Assembly: GCF_009914755.1 (NCBI RefSeq)
Contig: NC_060936.1
Strand: one strand, 5' to 3'
Length of the DNA stretch: 64,000 nucleotides
Origin: the human T2T-CHM13v2.0 reference genome, Homo sapiens
How positions within the stretch are numbered: position 1 is the first letter of the stretch; each line of letters begins with the position of its first letter. The notes beneath the pieces were generated by a model. That model was not told the DNA's origin, made no database searches, and saw only the letters and a program-made list of their open reading frames with translations. Positions 12,976 to 23,636 of the stretch are shown here, piece by piece. The position numbers and the translations under genes were made by a program.

Positions 12976-15225
12976 TGAGTATGGAGGAGGGGAGTTATAT
13001 TTGATTTTCAATATAAGGTGCCCACAAGGATATCTCCTGAGATGCATTTCATCCCTTTTGATCTTTGCCATCAATCTGTGCCAACTGTCCTAGAGGCATC
13101 CCTTGCGTCTATCTGTCTGACTCCTTCAGGAATCTGGTTCTTTCCATTAGTGTCACTCTCAAGGGCCTGAGAATCTCTACATGGCTGTCCAAGTTCCCAC
13201 TTACTCAGATGTGATTTTGCCATCTTTGCTCCCAAGGCTCTTCCCAGCAAAAGGAAGCAGGTCCTCTCTCTGAGAGCTGTGAATGTCTATAGGTATTCTC
13301 GATCTGTCTTGTTCCTCCTGGCTCAGGGGAAACTTTTCTTCATTTAAGGGACTCTCTTCTGTCCTATGATTACTCCCCACAACTTAAAAACAGAATGCTT
13401 AGAGACCCTTTCTCTATCACAAGGGGTATGGTTTTGGAAATAAAATGCCAAAAGGATTCTTGCTAGCTACCTTGCTTAACTTGCTTCACTAGGATAAAGC
13501 ATACCTGGATGGCTGGAGGCAGGCAAAGTTTAAGAGAAGATAAAAAGGAAGGAAAATCAAGTAGGTAAACAACAACGACATTGTCCTACCACAATTACTT
13601 TGAGGTACTTTATTTTATGGCTATTTCCTGTCTTTTCCCTTCCACCCATTACCTAAAAGCTCTTTGCTCTGATTATTTCCTGCATTTTTCTTTCAGTCTT
13701 TCCTTACCCTGGATGCTCTGACTCCACGCATGGGTCTAGTTCTTGCCATGGAAGCAAAGACAAAACTTTGATGGTCAGCTTGCTGGCTAAGATGACTTCA
13801 GGTTTTATGTCATTTACAATCATAACATTGATTTTTTTTGTGATTAAAATATTTTTAGAATAAGATCTGGCTTTTAACTTTGTTCTTGCTGGTTGCCCTG
13901 AGGATCACTAAGTTGGATTAACAATTTTCTGATAGCCATGAAATCATCCTTACTGGAGTAATACAGTGATGACCATATTTGGCTTCTTAGATCTGTCAAA
14001 TACACAGACTCTTCTACAGCTTGTCCAAAGTGGCAGTATCTCAACTAGTCTTTTAACAACAAGCGCATTCCCATGTGGATTGTTGATAGTTACTGAGAAA
14101 GAACAATTGTACTAAATATTTTTTTCTAAGTGGCAAAGTATAAAGATTTTTAAAGTCTCAATTTCTGTTAGACAAATAAAATAACCAAATGAACAGGATT
14201 TTGAAATCCATAAAATTGTTTTCCTTTAAATTCAAAACAAAACAACAACAAGAAGAAGAATGCAGAATTTTTTTCGTGAACATTGCAAATTAGTAGAAAA
14301 AGGCATGATATAATAATTGTTGGTTAAAAAAAAGTCTCTTTATAGATCAACATTGAGCAATCAGTCTTTCTGTTTATGTTGTCCAGACCAGTTGTCAGCA
14401 ACATTTTCAGCACCATGAAGAAATTATTTTATATGAGGGTTAAGATATAGTTTTATATTATATTTTTTCAGTGCTTTTTAAAATAGTAGGTCTGTAAACA
14501 CACGCTATGTATTATAGATGTCATAAGCTAAATGGTGAAACAGCAGAGATAATGATCACCCTTTTCTAGGGAGAAAAGGTAGGGAAAATATCAGAGAGAA
14601 GCAAGGGAGCTTTAAGTCTTTAGAAAGGCTTAATGGGATTCTATATATAGATACCAAAACCATTGGCTTGGGACTTTTGCTAAGGTAGGTATGTTGCATT
14701 TCTCTAGACTTTTCTCTTGGCACAAGGCTACTAGTAAGAAAATACGTAGGAAAACTAAGTGAAAGATTTCTGTTTCCAGTTATATGACAGATTAGACACC
14801 TGAATTGATCTTCCTGCTGACAAACTCACAAAATTATGGATAAAATAATTTCAATAGTCATAATGGATTAATGATCTTGCAAAAGAGTAAGTCATTTTTT
14901 TTGTACCCAAAAACCCAGTGAAATTAAGAACTCAGAAGGGAAAGAAGGGAAAGTGGAGCACAGAAGCTTGTTTTTATCATGAAGGCATTTGCTAAGCTCT
15001 GTACAATTGAGTTTTGCTTTACATAGCCAAATTAACTACCTGAAATAAAATATAGAATATAGGGCTCAACCACAGTGATTAATTTCATAGAACATATTCC
15101 TCCCATATGCCTGAAATTTTACTCATTACACTCTAAGTATAAGAGTGAACTAGAAATAAACCAAACATCTATTTTCTTTATTTTGGCAAGAAAAAGTTAC
15201 TGCATATATATATAACCAAAACCTG

Positions 15226-16330
15226 GGTGCTAGATGTAAGCAGTAACACCCTGTAGCAATGAGCACATTTAGGACCCAGGTTTTGGTTTCTAATATTGTT
15301 TTCCAGTGAAAGTAATTCAGGCTATTTGGGAAATGGCTGATTCTCTGATTCTAGAATTGGGGCAGGAAATCTGCAAGGTAAGTCTAAAGCATCTTGTAAT
15401 GTCAGAAAATAAGAAAGAGCTTAAACAAAAAAATGAAACACACACATGCAAACCGCAATGATGGGATATGTCAAAGAGACACAGGAGACAGCAGAAAGAG
15501 CTCCCAGTGTCCAAAACGAGAACAATTTGAGCCACAATAGAAAGTAATAATGGATTAAAATGCAGAGTATGAAACAAATATCTATGTGTACATACTAATA
15601 TTAATAAATGATTGAGTAAATAAATAAGGGAAAATAAATCTTTCACACAGTTGAATTCCAAATAACTTATGTAATAACTATACCCACAGAGGTATAGAGC
15701 ATAACTCCTCATTCCTTAAGTGTGTTCTGTGCATAGCTAATTCCCTCCAATGGGTACGGTATGGAAGCAGGGAAGAATAGTAGCTTTACAATAGGAGCAA
15801 CCTAAAAAAACTACCTTAGCCAGATGATCAAGGTTAACAACAACAGTGATAAGTCATATTGCTATGTACTTGTGTTATTATGTGGTGAAAGTAGTACTTT
15901 ACCTGTGTGGCCTTCCTTCCAAAAAACCATTACCCCAGTCTAATAATGAGAAAAACATCAGAAAAATGCCAATTAAGGGAAATTCTACAAAATATGTGAG
16001 CAGTACTTTTCAAAATTTTCAAGATCATCAAAAAGAAAGTATATCTGTGAAACTGTCATACTCAATACCAGCCTAAGAGGAAACTAGGAGTAAACACAAT
16101 CTGGTATTGTGGCTGGGATCCTGAATCAGGAAAAGGACACTAGGTAAAGATTAAGAAAATAGAAATAAACCATGAACTGTAGTTTTATGTATCAACATTG
16201 GCTCATAATAATAAATGATGTTAGTAACAGAGATAATTGAGTGTAAAATGTACAGGAACTGTCTATCCTATATTCCCAACTTTTCTATAAATAGAAATCT
16301 ATAGTAAAATAAAAGATTCATTTAAAAAGT
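15226..16330 (+). mobile_element. Ancient L1 3' UTR (L1MC/L1MD-type)
   Basis: tggctgattc...ggggcaggaaat...gatgggatatgtcaaagagacacaggag...gggatcctgaatcaggaaaaggacac; A-rich end. Confidence 0.7.
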
Positions 16331-16723
16331 ATAATAACTTAGAATTTCTCCTCAATGCTGAAAGATACTAATTCCCAGATTTAAAAATCCAACAAATCCC
16401 AAAAAGGTAAAAAAAATCCATATCTATACATATAAAAATACAGCTGAAGAACACCAAAGGTAAAGAGAAGATCTCAAAGAAGTCAAAGAGAAAAGACTTA
16501 TGATATACAAAAATTATCTTGTATTATATTGTGGCAGGGAAAGCAAAAGTAAGTAAAATAATACCCCAATCTCATTCAAGAAGAAACTTGAAACAGTTTA
16601 AACAAAATATTGAATTCAACCAAGCTATATTCAAATAGGTTATTACATCATGACTAGGTAGTACTTAGAGAAATGCAAGATTAATTCAACATTAAACTAT
16701 TAATTATGTTATTCATTATTTTA

Positions 16724-17042
16724 TTTTATTTTATATCTTTTGAGACAGAGTCTTGCTCTCTTGCCCAGGCTGGAGTGCAGTGGCACAATCTTGGCTCAAT
16801 GCAACTTTGGCCTCCTGGGTTCAAGTGACACTCCTGCCTCAGCCTCCTGAGTAGTTGGGATTACAGACATGCACCACCATGCCAAGTTAATTTTGTATTT
16901 TTAGTAGCAATGGGGTTTCACCATGTTGGCCAGGCTGGGGTTTCACCATGTTGGCCAGGCTGGTCTTGAACTTTTGGTCACGAACACCCGCCTTGGCATC
17001 CCAAAGTGCTAGGATTACCGGAGTAAGCCCCTGTACCCAGCC
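16724..17042 (-). mobile_element. Alu (S/J-type) with internal 25-bp tandem duplication
   Basis: Both Alu arms present; TSD tcattatttta at 16713-16723 and 17043-17053. Confidence 0.92.
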
Positions 17043-17069
17043 TCATTATTTTAAAAGACTGCAGTAGAA

Positions 17070-20000
17070 AAGTGTGCGTATGGGAAACGCGGGCTGTTGC
17101 TGCTGGGACAGGGAGTGCTCCTGCAGACAGGGCTGGGAAGCAAGCAAGGTATGGGTACAATCCTTACAATGAATATCAGGAGTTGCCAGCAGACTGTAGG
17201 ATGGAACTGCTCCAGGAAGGGAGCTCATCCTGGGTCCCACATCCTTTCGGAGACTAAACAGTTACAGCAAGATGCCATTTTCAAACCTAGCCTTTGGCAA
17301 CTGCATGATATCCTGGGACCCAGAAGTGCCAGGACTGGCGTGTTATGGAAACTTGGGCTGTTGCTGCCGGGACAGGGTGAGTGAGTTGGGAGCACTTCTG
17401 CAGACAGGGCCAGAAAGTGAGTGAGGCCTAGGTAGCAGGAGCCAGTGCCAGGAAACCAACCTTGTGCTGCTGGGATCTGAGATGGGGATGTGAGAGGGGT
17501 GTGAGTTGCTGTTTGGACTTGGTTGGGAGCTGGGTGTGGACTCTTGCAGCCTGGATGGGGGTGGGTGTAAGTCCTGCCTGGACTGGGATGTGAAGGGGAT
17601 GCATGTTCCCCACCCACTGGCTCAGGCTGTGACCACTGAAGGTGGCTTCACTTTTTGTGGTAGTGGAGCTTCAGCATGGCTGCTACTGTCTCTCATCTAA
17701 GCACTCCACCTGGGGTGTGAGAATTGCCCTGCCCTTGCCCTTTATAACTGGCACCTACTCCTTCCATTAGGGGACCAGAGCACAAGTCCACCCAGCTGGG
17801 CTTAGCTTTCTGCCCCCCCTTCCCTCCCCCTGAGACAGAGCACATAGCTCAGGGTTTCAGGGATTGCCCAACCCAGTCTGACCACCATGGATATCTGAGT
17901 GCTCCTTCTGGAAAACTAAGGTTGGGCCTAAACTTGTAGCCACTATCACCTCAGCTGACACCTACCTGCAAGTACCACCTGTGAGCCTGGAGACTGTCCT
18001 GCCAAGCCCTTCACAGCCACCACCATCATCACCACACTCTGCTTGGGACCCATAGAATTGCCCTGTCGTTGCTACTGTCATTCCCAATGCCAGTCTGGCT
18101 GCCCAGTGGACTGAGAACCTGCTCACCTGCCTGGTCCACCACTGTTACTAGTGGCATCCAAGTAAGCCACCTGGAGGCCTAAGAATCAACCTGCTGGTAA
18201 CTGCCAACACAGATGGCAGTATATACCATCCTGGAGCACAAAAATAGGCACACTTAGCCCGTTGCAGCTACTGTTGGGGCCTGAAGACCAGCCCGCTTGG
18301 CATCTCAGTCCCCAGCACAACTTAACCACAGCCTCCACTAATAACTGCACCCTTAGCCATTGAGGAAATCACAGATAGCACTAACACTGTTTACAGCCAA
18401 AAAAATCTTACAGAGACTGTACTACTGCATGTGTTCAGACTCAAAACCAAAGTACCCTACCCAACCAATACCATAGATAACAACTTCAGAAAAAGTTCTT
18501 CCCTACAAAAGTAAATTCAAAAATAGTAAGAAGTGACTATTACTTCAGATGTGCAGGTATCAATATAAAAACACAGAAAACATCAAAAAGCAAGGAAAAA
18601 GGACACCTCCAAAGGAACACAATAATTCTTCAGTGATAGATACTTATCAAAAAGAAATTTTTAAAATGCCAGATAAATAATTCAAAATATTTGATTTTAG
18701 GGAAGCTCAGTGAGATACAGGAGAATTCTGAAAAACAGTGCAAAGAAATCAGAAAAACAATTCAGGATATGAATGAGAAATTTACCAAAGAGATATTTTA
18801 AGAAAGAAATAAATAGAAATCTTGGAAATGAAGAATTCATTGAAGGAAATTACTTTCATTGAAAGCTTCAACAATTGACTAGATCAAGTGGAAGGAAGAA
18901 TCTCAGAACTTGAAGAAAGACTTTTTGGAATAATCCAAACAGAAAAAAGAATAAAAAAGAATGAGTAAAGCCTTTGTGACATTTGGGACAACATACAGCA
19001 AACAAATTTACAAATTATTGGTATCCCTCATAATAAAGGAACAAAGAAATAGTTAGAAAATGTGTTTAATAAAATAGTAGATGAAAACTCCCCAAATCTA
19101 GTCACAGATTTAGGATATTCAAATACAAGAGTCTCAGTGATTCCCAGGCAGATAAAATGCAAAAAGGTCTTCCCCATAGCCCATTAAAATCAGACTATCT
19201 AAAGTAAAAGTTAAAGAGCAAATTCTAAAAACAGCAAGAAAAAGCCTCTAGTCACCTATAAAGGAAGTTTCATCAGACTAACAGTGGCTTCTCAGCCGAA
19301 ATGTTACAGGCCAGAAGAGAATGAGATGATATGTTCAAAGTGCTGGAAGAAAAATAAAACTGCCCCCCAAGAATACTATCTTCTGCAAAAGAAAGCCATT
19401 CCTAGTCAAACAAATGCTAAGGGAATTTGTTGTCACTAGAGTAGCCCCACAAAAATGCTGAAGAGAGTTCCAAACCTGGAAGTGAAAGGATAACATTTAC
19501 CATTATGAAAACACATGAAAGAAAAAGACTCAGTGGTAAAGCAATCATGCAAAGTAGGAAGAGAAAGCACTCAAATGATACCACTACAGAAATCTACCAA
19601 TATACAATGAAAAACTATGAGGAAAATAAAGGAACAAGTCATTTATAAAGCAACCACAAAACAGTCAACAATATGACAGAAACAAAGCCTCATTATTTGT
19701 TGTTATTCAAATAACTATTCAATAATAACCTTGAACACAGATTAAATTATCCTCTTAAAAATATTAAATAGCTGAACAGATAAAAATAAACATGATCTAA
19801 CTATAAACTGCTTACAAGAAACTCACCTTATCTGAAAAAACACATATAGACTAAAAGTAAAGGGGATGGAAAATGATATTCCACTCAAACATAACTAAAG
19901 TGATCAGGATTAGCTATGCTTATATCAGGTAAAACAGACTTTTAAGTCAAGAACAGTAAAGAAAGACAAAGAAGGTTATTATATAATGATAAAGGGATCA

Positions 20001-21392
20001 AGCCAGCAAGAGGACATAATTCTAAATGTATATGTACCCAATGATGGAGCACTCAGATTTGTACAGCAAATGTTACTGGATCTAAGGAGAGAGAGAGACT
20101 GCAATACAATAATAGCAGAAAACTTTAACCCCAGTTCTCACCATTAGACAGATTATCTAGACAAAAAAAAATCAACAAACATTAGATCTAAATTGGATCT
20201 TAGACTGAATAGACCTAACAGACATTTACAGATCATTCTATCCAACAACTACAGAATATATATTCTTTTCTTCAGCACATAGAACATTCTCTAGGATAGA
20301 CCATATGTTAGATCACAACACGAGTCTCAACAAATTAAAAAATAATCAAATTTATGTCAAGAATCTTCTCAACCACAATGGAATAAAACTAGATATCAAT
20401 ACCAAGAAGAACTCTAGAGACTACACAAAGACAAAGAAATTAAACTACATGTTTCTGAATGACCACTGGGCCAATGAAGAAATTAAGAAGGAAATAAACA
20501 CTTTCTTGAAATGAATGAAAATGAAAACACAACATACCAAAATCTTTGGGATACAGCAAAAGTAGTGCTAAGAGGGAAGTTCATAGCAATAAATGCCTAC
20601 ATCACAAAGGCAGAAGAATTACAGATGAACATTCTAGCAATGCACCTCAAAGAACTAGAAAAGTAATAACAAACCAAACACAAAATTAGCAGAGGAAAAG
20701 AAATAAAGATCAGAGCAGACATAATGAAATAGAGACTAAAAAAAATTGAAAGAATCAACGAAAAGTTGGTTCTTTGAAAAGATAAACAAAATTGATGAAC
20801 TGCTAGCTAGACTAAGAAAAGGAGAAGAGTCAAATAGAAAAAGTCAGAAATAAAAAAGAAGTGATAACTGATATAATAATGATATCATCCCTGATGAACA
20901 TAGACACAAGATCCCCAACAAAATTCTAGCAAACTGAATACACATCAAAAAGATAATACCACAATTAGGTGAGGTTTATACTAGGGCTGCAAGGATGGCT
21001 CCACATATGCAAATTAATAAACATGATGCAGTATATCAATAGAATGACAGACAAAAACCATTTGTTCATCTCAACAGATGCAGAAAAAGCATTTGATAAA
21101 ATTCAACATCACTTCATGATAAAAATCTCTCAACAAACTAGGCATAGAAGGAATATATCTCAAAATAATAAAGACCATATACAACAAACCCACAGCTAAC
21201 ATCATATCAAATGGGAAAAGGTTGAAACCCTTTCATTTAAGAACTGGAACAAAACAAGGATGCCCTCTTTCATTGCTCTTATTCAATATAATACTGGAAG
21301 TACTAGCCAGAGAAACCAGGCAAGAGAAAGAGGTAAAAGCCATCCACATTGGAAAAGAGAAAGTCAATTCGTCCCTCTTTGCTGAGGATAGG
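17070..21392 (+). mobile_element. Old L1 (L1PB/L1MA-age): GC-rich 5' UTR, decayed ORF1 (~18560-19520) and 5' half of ORF2, broken at the RT FADD-equivalent
   Basis: ORF track L1 ORF2 fragments 20305-20514, 20969-21199, 21222-21390 (GTKQGCPLS...LFAED); many stops and frameshifts; internal deletion near 20870. Confidence 0.85.
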
Positions 21393-21394
21393 AT

Positions 21395-21491
21395 TTTTTT
21401 TTTTTTTGAGATCGAGTCTTGCCCAGCTTGGAGTGCAGTGGAGCAATCCCAGCTCACTGCAACCTCCACCTCCTGGGTTCAAGCAATTCTT
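21395..21491 (-). mobile_element. Alu right-arm fragment
   Basis: T-run followed by gagatcgagtcttgcccagcttggagtgcagtgg...ttcaagcaattct. Confidence 0.85.
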
Positions 21492-21512
21492 CAAAGGAGA
21501 AGCTGACTCTCT

Positions 21513-22075
21513 CTCTCTCTTCTAAAAATCATACTTTAAGTTCTGGGTTACATGTGCAGAATGTACAGTTTTGTTACATAGGTATACATGCGCCATGGTG
21601 GTTTGCTGCACCCATCAACCCGTCACCTACATTAGGTATTTCTCCTAATGTTATCCCTCCCCTAACCCCCCAAAGGCCGTAACCCCCAACCTAACCCCTA
21701 GCCCCCCATCCCCCACAGGCCCCTGGGTGTGATATTCCCCTCCCTGTGTCCATGTTCTCATTGTTCAACTCCCACTTATGAGTGAGAACATCCAGTGTTT
21801 GGTTTTATGATCTAGTGGTAGTTTGCTGAGAGTGATAGTTTCCAGCTTCATCCATGTCCCTGCAAAGGACATGAACTCATCCTTTTCATGGCTGCATAGT
21901 ATTCCATGGTGTATATGTGTCACATTTTCTTAATCCAGTCTATCATTGATGGACATTTGGGTTGATTCCAAGTCTTTGCTATAATAGTGCTGCAATAAAC
22001 ATAAGCGTTCATGTGTCTTTGTCATAGAATGATTTCTAATCCTTTGGGTATATGTCCAGTAATGGGATTGCTGGG
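21513..22075 (-). mobile_element. 5'-truncated L1PA (PA6-like) 3' end
   Basis: L1 3' UTR and ORF2 end on the minus strand; TSD agctgactctct at 21501-21512 and 22076-22087. Confidence 0.9.
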
Positions 22076-22094
22076 AGCTGACTCTCTATTTTAA

Positions 22095-22848
22095 ACATAC
22101 ATGCACATGTATGTTCATTGCAGCACTATTCACAATAACAAAGGCATGTTTGGAAAACATACTTGGGGGAATAATTCAGGAAAACTTCCCTGTCCTTGCT
22201 AGAGACCTAGACATCCAAATACAAGAAGCTCAAAGAACACCTGGGAAATTCATCACAAAAAGATCATTGCCTAGGCACATTATCATCAGGTTATCTAAAG
22301 TTAAGATGAAGGAAAGAATCCTAAGAGGTGTGAGACAAAAGCACCAGGTAATGTATAAAAGAAAATCTATCAGATTAACAGCAGATGTCTCAGCAGAAAC
22401 ACTACAAGCATGAAATCAACCTAGATGCCCATCAACAGTAGACTTGATAGAGAAAATGTGGTACATATACACCATGGAATGCCATGTAGCCATAAAAAGG
22501 AATGAGATCATGTCCTTTGCAGGGACATGAGGGAGCTGGAAGCCATTATTCTGAGCAAACTAATGCAGGAACAGAAAACCAAACACCACATGTTCTCACT
22601 TATAAGTGGGAGCTGAACAATGAGAACACATAAACACATGGGGCAGGGGAACAACACACACTGGGGCCTGTTGTGGTGGGTGGAGTGAGAGCATCAGAAA
22701 GAATAGCTAATGGATGCTGGGCTTAATACCTAGGTGATGGGATGATCTGTGCAGCAAACCACTATGGCACACATTTGCTTATGTAACAAACCTGCACATT
22801 CTGCACCTGTATCCCTGAACTTAAAATAAAAGTTGAAGAAAAAAAAAG
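22095..22848 (+). mobile_element. 5'-truncated older L1PA (PA13-16-like) 3' end, interrupted by a 262-bp ORF1 piece
   Basis: atgttcattgcagcactattcacaata...aatcaacctagatgcccatca...aaataaaagttgaag followed by A-tail. Confidence 0.88.
22148..22409 (+). repeat. Inverted copy of L1PB ORF1 segment 27948-28209
   Basis: Manual alignment with the reverse complement of 27948-28209 gives 10 mismatches in 262 bp and no gaps. Confidence 0.9.
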
Positions 22849-23636
22849 AAACACATTTCATAAGACTATAGCTGCTACTGATAATGATTCTTCTGGTAGA
22901 TCTGGGCAAAGTAAATTGAAAACCTTCTGGAAAGAATTCACCATTCTAGATGCCATTAAGAACATTTGTGATACTTGGCATCACAATGTGTTCACTCCTT
23001 GTGAACAGGAGTTTTGGAAGAATTAGATTCCATCCCTCATAGATGACTTTGAGGGGTTCAAACCTTCAGTGGAGGAAGGAACTACAGATGTGGTGGAAAT
23101 AGCAAGAAAACTAGAATTAGAAGTGGAGCCTGAATAGGTGACTAAATTGCTGTAATCTCATGATAAAACTTGAAAGGATGAGTTGCTTCTTATGGATGAG
23201 CAAAGAAAGTGGTTTCTTGAGATGGAATTTACTTCAGTTGAAGATGCTGACATCTTTACTTCAGTTGAAGATGTTGAAATGACAACAAAGGATTTAGAGT
23301 ATTTTATAAACTTAGTTGATAAAGCAGGACAGTTTGAGAGGATTGACTCTAATTTTGAAGGAAGTTCTACTGTGAGTAAAATGCTATCAAGCAGCATCAC
23401 ATCACATACTACAGAGAAATATTTTGTGGATGGAAGTCAATTGATGCAGGAAACATCATTGTCATCTCATTTTAAGAAATAGCCATAGCAACCTCAACCT
23501 TTAGCATCCCCCACCCTGATGCACTCATTAGCTGTCAACATTGAGGCAAGATCCTTCACCAGCAAAAAGATTCTGACTTGCTGAAAGCTCAGATGATTAC
23601 TAACATTTCAAATAATTATTGTAAATTAAGATCTTT
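22849..23636 (+). mobile_element. Tigger1 DNA transposon (3' part of transposase region); continues at 31678-31848
   Basis: tctgggcaaagtaaattgaaaaccttctggaaa...gatgactttgagggg; ORF 23183-23482 ([12 protein letters not shown]...FERIDSNFE) is a Tigger1 transposase remnant. Confidence 0.9.
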
